From Tolypothrix carrinoi HA7290-LM1 (lineage in GTDB: Bacteria > Cyanobacteriota > Cyanobacteriia > Cyanobacteriales > Nostocaceae): DNA of 64,000 nucleotides. Each line of letters begins with the position of its first letter. The first letter of the stretch is position 1. The position numbers were made by a program, and so were the translations under genes. The notes beneath the pieces were generated by a model that saw only the letters and a program-made list of their open reading frames with translations, ran no database searches and had not been told where the DNA came from. The stretch lies in contig JAHHIK010000023.1 in NCBI GenBank assembly GCA_019358935.1, positions 1 through 64,000 of the forward strand, in the 5' to 3' direction. Of this stretch, positions 1 through 10,279 are shown one piece after another.

Positions 1-124
1 CCTCTGGAGACATCGACCTCTGTTTGGGTGGGGAAACTCCTTTAAATAAGCCGAGTCGCGGAAAGAGGAAACCCAAGAAGTGATTCTTGGAATCCCCGTG
101 TCTTCAGACCGGGGAGGATGTCAA
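1..124 (+). mobile_element. tnpB: 3' end of an IS200/IS605-family element: tnpB C-terminus (partial, stop at 81-83) plus right end / omega-RNA region
   Basis: Frame 3 reads SGDIDLCLGGETPLNKPSRGKRKPKK*, resembling cyanobacterial TnpB tails. It is followed by hairpin CCAAGAA-gtga-TTCTTGG, the subterminal palindrome GAATCCCCG...CGGGGAGG and the terminus ATGTCAA (TCAA 121-124), typical of IS605 right ends. The rest lies outside the window. Confidence 0.8.
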
Positions 125-1884
125 TTATTAACAGCTTTAAATATAGGTAGTGTGAACCAAAAAGTCGCCCCGGCATTGATTGCACTTTTAACGCCAATTT
201 CGCCGCCATGTGCGGTGATGATTTGCTTACATAGATATAAGCCTAATCCTAAACTGATAGAATTCCGGGCGTGGCTACCTCGAAAGTAAAGGTCAAATAA
301 GCGATCGCTTTGTTTTTGACTCATTCCCACGCCGTTATCAACGACGCTGCAATAAATCTTATCATCATCGACGCTGGCATTAATGGTAATTGTTAATCCT
401 GGGGGATTATGTTTGACTGCATTAACAATCAAGTTAGAGAATACTCGCCATAATTGGGTAGGATCGGCATTGATTATCGGTAAATCTGCGCTGACATGAT
501 TTATCAGCAACGCCTGATTTTCTGTTAGCATCGGCTTTAAGTCTGCGATCGCTGCTTCTACGACTTTCAATAATTCGACTGGCTGAAGTTGTAAAGCTAC
601 GCCTTGAACTTCGCTCATATGAGCTTCCATTAGCGAATTAATTAAACTAAGTTGGCGATCGCTACTTTGTTCCATCCGCTCTAAAATAAAACGGGAAACA
701 GCTATTTTGTCCTCTGAACGCGATAGCAAATTTCTCAACACCATTAAAGTTCCCAGCACCGGGTTGCGTAAGTCGTGGGAAACTGCATGAAAAAATACTC
801 TTAGCGCTTCTTCCGCTTGCTTGCGCTTGGTGATATCTTCAATCATTCCTTCGTAATAAAGCAGTTGTCCCCTGGAATTGCGAACTGCATAGGCATTTTC
901 TGATATCCAAACAATGCTACCATCGCGGCGATAAATTTGCGATTCAAACTCGGATACGCTACCATACTCTTCAATTAAACGGACAAACTCAGCACGGCGA
1001 TTTGGGTCAACATACAATTGATGTTCAATGTCAATTAATGTCGTCACTTCTTCTGGGAATGCGTAGCCATAAATACGTGCTAATGCGGGATTTGCGGTAA
1101 TATAACGACCATCAGTAGTGCTTTGAAAAATTCCCTCAACCGCGTTTTCAAAGATATTTCGATATTTAGCTTCTGTAACGGTTAATTTCTCGTTAGCAAT
1201 CTCAAGTTCTTTACGAGCGTAAAATTCAGAGCGTTGCAGTTTTTCGTATAAAAATACTCCTAAATCGCAGATGAAACATACCCAAAATATCAACATAATC
1301 AGCGTTACACCGAATATCGGCTCTTTACTGAATGGTGGGGGTAGTTTCAGCCCTAAGACGCTATTTACGACAAAATAATAAAGTACCACTCCCAACTGCG
1401 ATCCCAGATGCAGATACCAGCGAATTGGAATCAGCATCGCTTGAGTCAAAAAGGCAATAATCCAAGCTAATTGATCGGGGAGAGCGAAACCTTTGAAGGT
1501 AGCGACAAATTGCTCAACTAAAGTGACAGAAAAGGATAAACATAAAAAAAGGCGCCCCGGATAACGACGCGCTATGTTAGTTTTGTGTAAAAACAAACAT
1601 ACTAATAAAGATAGGAATATGCAGCTATTGATAGTTAAAGCGAGATTTTTAATCTCGTGCGGTATCTTTGGGATTTCTTGCAGGTGAAACACCTGTTGCA
1701 AGATGTCGCGTAAGATAAATGTAAATACGCAGAGAATAGCGATCCAGATTCCTAAATGTAACCTTTGCCACAAAAAGCGATCGCGCCAAGCTCTATACTC
1801 GCCGAAAATTGCATCTGTTGTTGATATTTTTCCCCATATGGCTGTTCTCCAACACTTTTGCACTTTTTTGATGACGGTATTCAT
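121..1884 (-). CDS. Membrane-bound PAS-domain sensor histidine kinase
   Basis: N-terminal TM helices, PAS (IFENAVEGIFQST...ANPALARIYGY), H-box HAVSHDLRNP, N-box NLIVNAVKH, G1 DNGVG, G2 GLGL. Confidence 0.92.
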   Translation of the reverse strand: MNTVIKKVQKCWRTAIWGKISTTDAIFGEYRAWRDRFLWQRLHLGIWIAILCVFTFILRDILQQVFHLQEIPKIPHEIKNLALTINSCIFLSLLVCLFLHKTNIARRYPGRLFLCLSFSVTLVEQFVATFKGFALPDQLAWIIAFLTQAMLIPIRWYLHLGSQLGVVLYYFVVNSVLGLKLPPPFSKEPIFGVTLIMLIFWVCFICDLGVFLYEKLQRSEFYARKELEIANEKLTVTEAKYRNIFENAVEGIFQSTTDGRYITANPALARIYGYAFPEEVTTLIDIEHQLYVDPNRRAEFVRLIEEYGSVSEFESQIYRRDGSIVWISENAYAVRNSRGQLLYYEGMIEDITKRKQAEEALRVFFHAVSHDLRNPVLGTLMVLRNLLSRSEDKIAVSRFILERMEQSSDRQLSLINSLMEAHMSEVQGVALQLQPVELLKVVEAAIADLKPMLTENQALLINHVSADLPIINADPTQLWRVFSNLIVNAVKHNPPGLTITINASVDDDKIYCSVVDNGVGMSQKQSDRLFDLYFRGSHARNSISLGLGLYLCKQIITAHGGEIGVKSAINAGATFWFTLPIFKAVNN

Positions 1885-2027
1885 TTCTTCCTGTGACCAA
1901 TTTCCATAACCTCGGTCAACCCCTTCTCATTGTGAGACGCTACGCAAACGGGGAATTAAAAATTCAAAAATAAAAAATAAAAATTAATTTTTTGAATTTT
2001 GCACTCTCAACCATTCCTATAGTGACA

Positions 2028-4607
2028 TTATGAGCGGCTCGTTGTCGGCAAATTTGCCAAAGGTAAGGTAAACCAGAAAGTTAAACCGCGTTTGGGGTTA
2101 CTTTTAACGCCAATTTCACCTTGATGTGCTTTAATTATTTGTCGAGAAATATATAATTTTAAGCCTGTGCAAGTTGAAGAACGAGCTTGAGGATCGCGGA
2201 CAAACAAATCAAACAGCCTAGCGCATTCTAACTTGTTCATCCCCACACCGTTATCTTGAATTTGAACGCGAATCATCCGATCCTCAACTGTCGCTTTCAA
2301 AGTCAAGTTTAATCCCGGTGGGTTGTGCAGCCAACTATAAGTCAACAAATTTTGCAAAACTCGTTGCAACTTAGTCGAATCTGCCATAATTAACGGTAAA
2401 TCCTTGGGAACTAAGTTCTTCAAGGTAACATTGTTTTCTGACAGCATTGGCTGCAAATCTCTAATCACAGTCGGCAGCAGTGTACCAAATTGTACAAGCT
2501 CGCGGTGCAGCACAATTCCTTGTTCTTCGCTGGAATGAAGCTCTAGTAAGGAGTTAATCATTGCTAACAGGCGCTCGTTACCTTGTATCATTCGTTCGAT
2601 AATTGAACGAGATACGGGGATTTGGGAATTGGGAATTGGTAATTGTCCCCCTGCTCCCCCTGCTCCCCCTGCTCCCCCTGCTCCCCCTGCTCCCCCTGCT
2701 CCCCCTTGTCCCCCTTGTCCCCATTCCCCACTCCCCACTCCCCCACTTTTGAGTAAGTTCTCTAGCACCATCAAATTACCCATGACTGAAGTTCGCATAT
2801 CGTGGGAAACTGTATGTAATAGAACATCTTTAACTCGATTGATTTCTTGCAGTTCCTGCATTTTCTGCTGTAACTGAGCGGTACGTTCTTCTACTTGTTG
2901 TTCTAAATTGGTGTTGAGTGCTGCCAATTCCTGATATAGTTGAGCTTGTTGAATGGCGATCGCTAATTGTTCTGACATTTGCTTTAGTAAATCAATTTCC
3001 ATTTGATGCCAATGGCGAGGATGAGAGCATTGATTAGCAATCAACGCTCCAAAGAATTCACCATTTAACATAATTGGGACTGCTAAGGTTGCCCGCGTTT
3101 GAAATTGTTGATAATGTGCTTTTAATTTGGGAGATACATCGATTTGGTCGATATCTTCCACCACACGCACTTTATTAGTTGTCAGTAGTCTTTTCATTTC
3201 TTGCATGACAACTGGATCTTTAATCTTGCAGTCTATAACTGATGAATACTTTGGATCTACTGATTCTGCGAGAATTCTGCCTTCAAAGTTACCATCATTT
3301 AGACCAATAAAAACTCGGTCTGCTTGCAAAAATTGTCGCACTTCGTTGACAGTAGTTTGGAGAATTTGGTCTAAGTTGAGCGAAGTGCGGATTCGCGCTA
3401 AAGTTTCCGTTAACAAGCGATCGCGTTGTGCCGTAAATTGTAATTGCGCTTCTGTTCGCTTGCGTTCTGTGATATCATGATTGACAGACAGAATGCAGCG
3501 CTCACCATTCAAATCAATTATTTCGGCGCAAACCATTGCAAATCCAAGTTCGCCGGACTTTTTTCTAAATTCAAATTCGAGATTGCGAACTGCTCCTTGG
3601 GAATGCAACTCCTGCAATAATTTTTGGCGATCGCTTTGGTTTACCCAAATATTCAACTCAAAAGCAGTACGTCCAATCGCTTCTTCTCGTTCATAACCTG
3701 AGAGTTTCACAAAACTGTCGTTAACTTCTATGAAGCGTCCATCTTCCACTGTGCTGATGGTAATTGGATTTGGACTGCAACGAAAAGCTTTGGAAAACTT
3801 TTCGGCAAGATTTTGCATTTTCATTTCTGCTTGTTTGCGCTCCGTAATATCACGGACAAGAGCTAAGACTTCATCTTGTCCGCTGACTACCAACCGCGCT
3901 TCATAATTTCGCAAACCTTCATGCGTTGATAGTTGATATTCTAGAGATTGTAAAGTTTGCGAATCCAAAGTTTTGGCGATCGCATCAAGACTTTTTAAAG
4001 CAACATCATCAGGCAATAAATCCCGCAAATTGTTACCGATGATGTTCTCTGGGGGAATAGCCTTCTTTGCCCCTTCACCTTTAAAATCGAGATACTCGCC
4101 ATCTCGACTGATGCGAAACATTAAATCGGGGATAGCATCTAAAATTGCTTTATAACGCGCTTCACTCTCGCGCAATTTTGATTCCGCTTGCTTAGTGTCT
4201 GTGATATCCATCACCAAGCCATCCCAAAGGATATCACCTTTTGCTAGTCTTTCCGGACGAGAAGCACCTTGAATCCACTTAAGTTTACCACTAGGCGTGA
4301 TAATGCGTCCTTCCCATTGCCAAGGTGTCAGAGTAGAGGCAGAATATCTCACAGATTCTTCAAAGGCGATCGCATCTTGGGGATGAATCAGTTCGCGTAA
4401 TATTTGAAAGTCTGCTTGCACAACTTCTGGTTCTAATTCAGATATTTCTCGACAGCCAGAACTCGCATAAACAACAAATTGCGAACCATCTCGCTGCTGA
4501 ACAAATTGAAAAATCATCCCCGGTAAATTTGCCGCAATTTTTTCTAACAGCGGCAAAGCTTCTGGTTGAAAATCTGGTGTATATGGCAATTTCACAGTTT
4601 GATTCAC
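2028..4607 (-). CDS. Multi-PAS/GAF sensor histidine kinase (degenerate ATP-binding boxes, in-frame repeat insertion)
   Basis: Three PAS domains, a GAF ([10 protein letters not shown]...[18 protein letters not shown]), H-box HTVSHDMRT and DNGVG. Confidence 0.9.
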   Translation of the reverse strand: MNQTVKLPYTPDFQPEALPLLEKIAANLPGMIFQFVQQRDGSQFVVYASSGCREISELEPEVVQADFQILRELIHPQDAIAFEESVRYSASTLTPWQWEGRIITPSGKLKWIQGASRPERLAKGDILWDGLVMDITDTKQAESKLRESEARYKAILDAIPDLMFRISRDGEYLDFKGEGAKKAIPPENIIGNNLRDLLPDDVALKSLDAIAKTLDSQTLQSLEYQLSTHEGLRNYEARLVVSGQDEVLALVRDITERKQAEMKMQNLAEKFSKAFRCSPNPITISTVEDGRFIEVNDSFVKLSGYEREEAIGRTAFELNIWVNQSDRQKLLQELHSQGAVRNLEFEFRKKSGELGFAMVCAEIIDLNGERCILSVNHDITERKRTEAQLQFTAQRDRLLTETLARIRTSLNLDQILQTTVNEVRQFLQADRVFIGLNDGNFEGRILAESVDPKYSSVIDCKIKDPVVMQEMKRLLTTNKVRVVEDIDQIDVSPKLKAHYQQFQTRATLAVPIMLNGEFFGALIANQCSHPRHWHQMEIDLLKQMSEQLAIAIQQAQLYQELAALNTNLEQQVEERTAQLQQKMQELQEINRVKDVLLHTVSHDMRTSVMGNLMVLENLLKSGGVGSGEWGQGGQGGAGGAGGAGGAGGAGGAGGQLPIPNSQIPVSRSIIERMIQGNERLLAMINSLLELHSSEEQGIVLHRELVQFGTLLPTVIRDLQPMLSENNVTLKNLVPKDLPLIMADSTKLQRVLQNLLTYSWLHNPPGLNLTLKATVEDRMIRVQIQDNGVGMNKLECARLFDLFVRDPQARSSTCTGLKLYISRQIIKAHQGEIGVKSNPKRGLTFWFTLPLANLPTTSRS
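2618..2746. repeat. STRR-type tandem repeats (e.g. 9-bp CTGCTCCCC, 7-bp GGGAATT) lying in frame inside the kinase gene
   Basis: Directly visible; encodes [13 protein letters not shown](GGA)n GGQLPIPNS. Confidence 0.9.
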
Positions 4608-5110
4608 TTTATAACCCTTTTATACACAAGCAACTGATGTATTACAGCATGTAATCATCATCTTTGAAAGCACATTAGCCTCTTCTTCAGGGTAGTTCTA
4701 ATAGATGCGATCGCATTCACCCGATTGGATGAATCACTTACATTACGATGATTTTACGGAAATTTCTCGTTTGCTGCACAGGCGATCGGTACGGACGACA
4801 TCTAAAAAATTTCTCTATAATCACCTTTATCGGCGTTTTATCTCCAAAAATTCTGTCACATTACATGTTTATAGGACTTACGCAAAAATAATTGAAAAGT
4901 CTATTATTAAAGTAGCGGTAATTCATGAATTACCGCAAATAAGCGACACGGTGTTACTCGTTATCCGAAAGCATAGTTAAGGGCGCAGTTTTAATAAAAT
5001 ACTCTTGGGTAATTAGGGTTAATAGCTTTCTTGACGTTAAATTAATATAAATTATTATTTTGCAAGTTTTTTAGTGTATAAATCAACGACTAAAGTCGTT
5101 ACTACGATAA

Positions 5111-5530
5111 TTAATCTTTCGTTAGCTCATACTGAACGTTGATGCTATTTTGAATACGATTTATGAGATAATCTATAAACACAATGATGGCATAAGCTGT
5201 AGTTTCATCATCCAAACATTCAGCGTGAATTCGAGAATATCTAATACCCTGCCATATTCCCTCTAGAATTTTCTCAAATCCCATTTGTTCATACACTTCG
5301 CCAACTGTATTCATGCTATTGACTTTGATAAGTGGCTTCGGCATTCCGAACACCTCATTGATGCAGTCAAAATTAGCTGTGATTTGCGACGTGCCTAAAT
5401 CAGCTTTAAGCCTAATGCACTCTTGCAATTGAAATGTAGCTGCAAGTATCGCATCTCTATAAAGTCCGCATTCGTATTTTTTTATAACAGTTTGATAAAG
5501 AAAAGGTGAAATTATTTGTTCGAGATTCAT
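5111..5530 (-). CDS. TIGR02391 (Ymh-like) family protein
   Basis: Y.DAILAA...LQECIR, VFG...PLIKVN, EQMGF..I..G...GIR..RIH pattern; AT-rich flanks. Confidence 0.7.
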   Translation of the reverse strand: MNLEQIISPFLYQTVIKKYECGLYRDAILAATFQLQECIRLKADLGTSQITANFDCINEVFGMPKPLIKVNSMNTVGEVYEQMGFEKILEGIWQGIRYSRIHAECLDDETTAYAIIVFIDYLINRIQNSINVQYELTKD

Positions 5531-5681
5531 ACTTGATTTATCCCTGATACCAGAGAAATAAATATTTTATTACGTGTACTTATTTAGATAATGCAGAGCA
5601 ATTATATTTAATATAATAAACAATAAAATATAAAAATGTGATGATAAAAAGATAATGCTAATAAATAAATAGTGTATATAG

Positions 5682-5713
5682 CTAATATGTCAGTTTTAAA
5701 ATTGACACATTAG
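5682..5713. terminator. Hairpin downstream of dapF (probable terminator)
   Basis: CTAATATGTCAGTTT-TA-AAATTGACACATTAG imperfect inverted repeat. Confidence 0.45.
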
Positions 5714-5730
5714 AGAGGAAGGGGTAAAGG

Positions 5731-5776
5731 GGAGGCAGTGCGTTGCGGGGGTTCCCCCCGTTGTAGCACCTGCCGT
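5731..5776 (+). repeat. Small dispersed structured repeat inserted in an STRR tract
   Basis: GGAGGCAGTGCG...GGGGGTTCCCCC...AGCACCTGCCGT; shares both ends with the copy at 6951-6997. Confidence 0.75.
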
Positions 5777-5895
5777 GAAAGGGGAAGGGGAAAAGGTGAA
5801 GAAGTAATTTTAAATATTTTTACTAATTTTAAATAACTCCGTCCCCTTTCCCTTTACCCCTCTTTTTGTCTTGATGGTTGATGAAATTTCTTAAA

Positions 5896-6732
5896 TTATA
5901 ATTTGCCTGCGAAAACTTTTTCAGCAGGTCCGGTCATATAAAGCCGCTGGTCGTCTGCCCATTCAATTAGCAAAGGTCCACCGGGAAGTTCAACAGTAGC
6001 AGTGCGATCGCATTTTCCGGTCAACACTCCAGCCACCAACGTTGCACAAGCACCTGTCCCGCAAGCTAAAGTAATACCCGCACCTCTTTCCCATACCCGC
6101 ATTTTTACGTAGTCGCGGCGCACCACTTCCACAAATTCGGTGTTTATTCGTTGGGGAAAAACTGGGTGATGCTCAAACTTAGGACCAATTGTTTCTAGGG
6201 GAATTGCGGCTACATCTTCTACAAAGGTGATGCAGTGCGGATTTCCCGTACTTACACAAGTGACATCCCAAGATTTACCCGCCACCTCTAAGGTATGATT
6301 AATTACCTTTTCGTCGGCGTTAGCTAAGGTAGTAGGAATTTCTCCAGCGAGTAACCAGGGAAGACCCATATCTACTTTAACTTGTCCATCGGGCATCAGT
6401 TGAGGTGTCATTACACCAGCAAGGGTATGAATTTGATATTTATCTTTATTTCGAGATTCACCCTCTAAATCAGCCACAAAGTCCGCAAAGCAGCGAATCC
6501 CGTTACCGCACATTTCTGGTTCCGAACCATCGGAGTTGAAAATCCGCATCGTGTAATCAGTGTTATTTTCTCCGGGTAAGGCAAAAATCACACCATCAGC
6601 ACCGATACCAAAGTGGCGATCGCACAACTTGATTGCTTCTTCTGGAGTGATGACTGGCGTTGATGACGAGCGATTGTCAATCAAAATAAAATCATTGCCC
6701 AAACCGTGATACTTAGTAAATTCGATTGCCAT
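5896..6732 (-). CDS. dapF: Diaminopimelate epimerase
   Basis: [42 protein letters not shown]. Confidence 0.98.
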   Translation of the reverse strand: MAIEFTKYHGLGNDFILIDNRSSSTPVITPEEAIKLCDRHFGIGADGVIFALPGENNTDYTMRIFNSDGSEPEMCGNGIRCFADFVADLEGESRNKDKYQIHTLAGVMTPQLMPDGQVKVDMGLPWLLAGEIPTTLANADEKVINHTLEVAGKSWDVTCVSTGNPHCITFVEDVAAIPLETIGPKFEHHPVFPQRINTEFVEVVRRDYVKMRVWERGAGITLACGTGACATLVAGVLTGKCDRTATVELPGGPLLIEWADDQRLYMTGPAEKVFAGKL

Positions 6733-6759
6733 TTATCCAAGGATGAATTATCAATGATT

Positions 6760-7125
6760 AGGAATTGTTGGTTGTTAGTTGCTGGTTGTTAGTGGGCCCT
6801 ATCGCAATGGGCATTGGGCATTGGGAATTGGGAATGGGTAATGGGTAATGGGTAATGGGCAATGGGCTTTTTGAAGAGGGGAAAAGGGGAAAGGGAAAAG
6901 GGGAAAGAATTATTACCAATGCCCACTTGGACGATGCCCCATGCCCCATGACGGCAGATGCTCCACGCAGGTCCGACACCAAGACCGCACTGCCTCCCCC
7001 ATGCCCTATGCCCTATGCCCCATGCCCCATGCCCCATGCCCTATGCCCCATGCCCTATGCCCCATGCCCCATGCCCCATGCCCCACCATCCACCATCCAC
7101 TATCCACTATCCACTATCTACTATC
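6760..7125. repeat. Mosaic of 7-bp STRR tracts (ATGCCCC/ATGCCCT, TAATGGG, CCACTAT and others)
   Basis: Directly visible heptamer tandem repeats filling the dapF-hfq intergenic region. Confidence 0.95.
6951..6997 (-). repeat. Small dispersed structured repeat, second copy, inverted relative to 5731-5776
   Basis: Reverse complement is GGAGGCAGTGCGGTCTTGGTGTCGGACCTGCGTGGAGCATCTGCCGT. Confidence 0.75.
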
Positions 7126-7135
7126 ATTACGAAAA

Positions 7136-7351
7136 ATGATTACTCAATTCGACACTTCATTACCCAGTATTAGACAAGTTCAAAACCTGATTAAACAAAC
7201 GACACCAGTAGAATTTAAGCTGCTGACTGGTGATGTGTTGACGGGAACAGTTTTATGGCAAGATGCACATTGTATCTGTATTGCGGATGAAAACAGCCAG
7301 CAGACAACAGTTTGGAAACAAGCGATCGCCTATATCAAGCCTAAAGGTTAA
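7136..7351 (+). CDS. hfq: Cyanobacterial Hfq-related RNA-binding protein (71 aa)
   Basis: [16 protein letters not shown]...[15 protein letters not shown]...[10 protein letters not shown]; adjacent to dapF as in other Nostocales. True start is the ATG at 7136 within the longer repeat-derived ORF. Confidence 0.92.
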   Translation: MITQFDTSLPSIRQVQNLIKQTTPVEFKLLTGDVLTGTVLWQDAHCICIADENSQQTTVWKQAIAYIKPKG

Positions 7352-7411
7352 AGGTAGGCAATACCCACCTAACCTGCGTCTTGGTGGGTTTGGATCGGAC
7401 TGCAATTTCCA

Positions 7412-7662
7412 TTGCTTCAAGCTTGGAACACGAAACTTGAGCTTCAGAAGGTGAAACTTGAGCTTCAGAAGGTGAAACTTGAGCTTCAGAACATGAAACT
7501 TGAGCTTCAGAACATGAAACTTGAGCTTCAGAACATGAAACTTGAGCTTCAGAAGGTGAAACTTGAGCTTCAGAACATGAAACTTGAGCTTCAGAACATG
7601 AAACTTGAGCTTCAGAAGGTGAAACTTGAGCTTCAGAAGGTGAAACTTCAAGCTTGGAACTT
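7412..7662. repeat. 21-bp tandem array GAAACTTGAGCTTCAGAA(GGT/CAT) x10 with degenerate terminal units
   Basis: Ten units at 7432-7641; CTTCAAGCTTGGAAC at both ends in the same 21-bp register. Confidence 0.95.
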
Positions 7663-7807
7663 GGTAATTACAAATTTTATCGGCTGGGTTAGGGTGAAAA
7701 GTAGTCCACCAAGCCAAAAATTAAACTGTTTATTGTCAATAGCGAGCCTGAGATCAAGTAAATTTGTTGAACTCACCAAAATGCAGGCTAGCAATGCCCA
7801 CCCTACT

Positions 7808-10144
7808 TTAATCTAGTCTGGTATCCATCGGTAGAAACTCTTTGAGGGCTTCGGCTTCACCAGCTTTGACAATTGGGATAGACAGCGGTACTGGTTTAAA
7901 AGGCGCCAGCAAGTGTTGTAGTTGATTTAAATTCGCCAAGCTACCGCACAAAAGCACTTGATCGTGAGTTCGCAAGTCCATGTTACCATCAGGAAAGCGG
8001 ATAAATTTGCCATCTCGCCGCATCGCTTGCACTTGTACGCCATATTCGCGGCGAATATCCAGATTTGCCAAGGTTTTACCGAGAAATGGAGAATCGGCGT
8101 TGAGACTCATCCACTGACAAGCGCTATTTTCTCCGGGGACAGCAGCTTTACCTTTAGCGAATTCATCTAAAGCTGCGAATTCTTCATCTGCACCAACTAT
8201 TAAAAGGCGATCGCCTTCTGCCAATATTGTACCAGTTGGCGGATAATCTATTTCTTCACCGTTGGCGCGGCGAATTGCCATCAAACTCACTCCGGTTAAA
8301 TAGCGCATATCCGCTTCTTCTAAAGTCATACCGACCAAGGGCGAAGCTGATGGTAAACTATACCAGCGGCGATTTAAATCTTGAGTTGCTTGCTGTAAAT
8401 CGCGCTGTACTTCAGATGCTGACTGTTCGGGTCGCAAATCTAAATAATGACGTTCGCGAATTTCCTGCATTTCTCGCTGTACGACAGTTGGTGACATTAA
8501 GCCTGTTAATAAATAAGTTGCCATTTCCAAACTTGCTTCAAACTCTGGTTGGACAACTTCTCTGGCTCCCAGTTGGTAAAGCACCTCAATATCTTTATCT
8601 TTGGTAGCGCGAACAACCAAATCTAATTCTGGGGATAATTCCAAAGCGCGTTTTAAACAAAGACGAGTACTCATTGGGTCAGGAAGTGCGATCGCCATTC
8701 CCTTAGCACTGTTAACTCCCGCCGTTTCTAAAACGTGAAAACTCACGCAATTACCATACACATAAGGCACACCCGCCTCCCGCAACTGCTGAATTCTCCT
8801 TTCTGATTGGTCTATTACCACCACAGGCAAATCGTGTTGCTGCAACAACTTCACCAAATTTCTGCCCACTCGCCCATAACCGCAGACTACCACATGGTCT
8901 TTTATCGGTAGCTCATCTGACACATCCAGCGGTTGACCTTCTCCGTCTAAATACGGTTTCAGCCAAGGCATTGATTCAGCAAAGTTGAATAAAAACGGCA
9001 CTAATCGCAGCACAAAAGGCGTAATTACTAATGTTACCGCTGTCGTTCCCAAAGTCAGTAAATATATCCGTCGCGATACCAATCCTAGCGCTTGTCCTTC
9101 ACTCGCCAGTACAAAGGAAAATTCCCCAATCTGCGCCAGTCCCAAGCCAACGATTAACGCCGTTTTCAACGGGTAGCGGAACAGCATCACCAAGGGTGTA
9201 ATAATCAAAAATTTACCGACAAATACCAGCGCTACCAGCCCCAAAATCAATTCTAGATTGTTCCATAAAAACACCGGGTCGATTAACATCCCAATTGAAG
9301 CAAAGAACAAACTAGCAAAGATATCCCGCAGCGGTTCTACATAACTCAGAGTTTGGTCAGCGTATTCCACCTCAGAAATCATCAAGCCGGCGACAAACGC
9401 TCCCATCTCAATCGAAAGCCCCATATGCTCTGTCAGCAGGGCGATACCTAAACACAGCGCCACCACCCCTAATAAAAATAGCTCTCGGCTTTCGGTACGG
9501 GCTAGCAGTCGCAACAAAGGCGGTATCAGCCAAATTCCCGCCGCGATCGCACCACCAGCAAATAAGCTAATCCGCGCCAATGCTGTTAATACTGCTATGC
9601 CAATAAATTCTGGTGGTTGATCGAGGGCTGGTAAAACTGCTATCATTAGTCCCAGCGCTAAGTCTTGGACTACCAAAATACCCAGCATCACTTGTCCGTG
9701 GGGCGTTTCCGTTTCGTTGCGCTCCATCAAGCACTTGAGGACAACTGCGGTAGAAGACAAAGAGAGAATTGCTCCCAAAAACACGCCTTTAGCAGGTAAG
9801 ACTCCCCAAGCACCTGTGATGCCACATACTAAAACGGTGACGAGAATTGTCAGGGTAATTTGCGCGGTGCCTCCTCCAAGAGCGATCGCCCGAACTTTTT
9901 TCAGTTCCGCTAAAGAAAACTCTACCCCCAAAGCAAATAACAAAAAGGCAACCCCGAACTGTGCCAGAGTTTCTACTTGAATAACTTCTTTTATCAGTCC
10001 CAGTCCGGTTGGTCCGACGACCATCCCGCCGATGAGATACCCTAATAACACCGGTTGTCCCAACAGCGCTGCCAACAGTCCCCCACAGGCAGCGACGCCG
10101 AAAACTGACACTAAGTCAACTATTAATCTAAAATCTTCTTGCAC
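7808..10144 (-). CDS. CPA2 (Kef-type) cation:proton antiporter with TrkA-N and TrkA-C domains
   Basis: Many TM helices, LSLSSTAVVLK, GLAQIGEFSFVL, Rossmann motif VVVCGYGRVG, C-terminal RCK-C repeats. Confidence 0.93.
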   Translation of the reverse strand: MQEDFRLIVDLVSVFGVAACGGLLAALLGQPVLLGYLIGGMVVGPTGLGLIKEVIQVETLAQFGVAFLLFALGVEFSLAELKKVRAIALGGGTAQITLTILVTVLVCGITGAWGVLPAKGVFLGAILSLSSTAVVLKCLMERNETETPHGQVMLGILVVQDLALGLMIAVLPALDQPPEFIGIAVLTALARISLFAGGAIAAGIWLIPPLLRLLARTESRELFLLGVVALCLGIALLTEHMGLSIEMGAFVAGLMISEVEYADQTLSYVEPLRDIFASLFFASIGMLIDPVFLWNNLELILGLVALVFVGKFLIITPLVMLFRYPLKTALIVGLGLAQIGEFSFVLASEGQALGLVSRRIYLLTLGTTAVTLVITPFVLRLVPFLFNFAESMPWLKPYLDGEGQPLDVSDELPIKDHVVVCGYGRVGRNLVKLLQQHDLPVVVIDQSERRIQQLREAGVPYVYGNCVSFHVLETAGVNSAKGMAIALPDPMSTRLCLKRALELSPELDLVVRATKDKDIEVLYQLGAREVVQPEFEASLEMATYLLTGLMSPTVVQREMQEIRERHYLDLRPEQSASEVQRDLQQATQDLNRRWYSLPSASPLVGMTLEEADMRYLTGVSLMAIRRANGEEIDYPPTGTILAEGDRLLIVGADEEFAALDEFAKGKAAVPGENSACQWMSLNADSPFLGKTLANLDIRREYGVQVQAMRRDGKFIRFPDGNMDLRTHDQVLLCGSLANLNQLQHLLAPFKPVPLSIPIVKAGEAEALKEFLPMDTRLD

Positions 10145-10279
10145 TTTTAAAAAGAACTATTAAGACTCGTTAATCTCAGCATACAAAGTTTTATATATCT
10201 AAAGCGAGGTCAAGACTGAAGGGATTACAAAATTTGAGGAAAGGGGTGAATGTTGATTAATCCAAAATCCACGCATTGT

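Noticed and set aside
4871..4980. MITE starting TAGGACTTACGCA
   Set aside because: The right end is too degenerate to confirm; only the internal GTAG palindrome is clear.
4705..4980. 91-aa ORF
   Set aside because: Runs through promoter and repeat DNA, with no recognisable motif or RBS.
6758..7173. Several overlapping Pro/Met/His/Gly-rich ORFs (likewise 33018-33674, 39066-39287, 52810-53235)
   Set aside because: These are translations of STRR tracts; only hfq from 7136 is credible here.
7412..7662. CRISPR array (also considered for 55395-55644)
   Set aside because: Units are contiguous with only 2-3 variable bases; there are no unique spacers and no cas genes.
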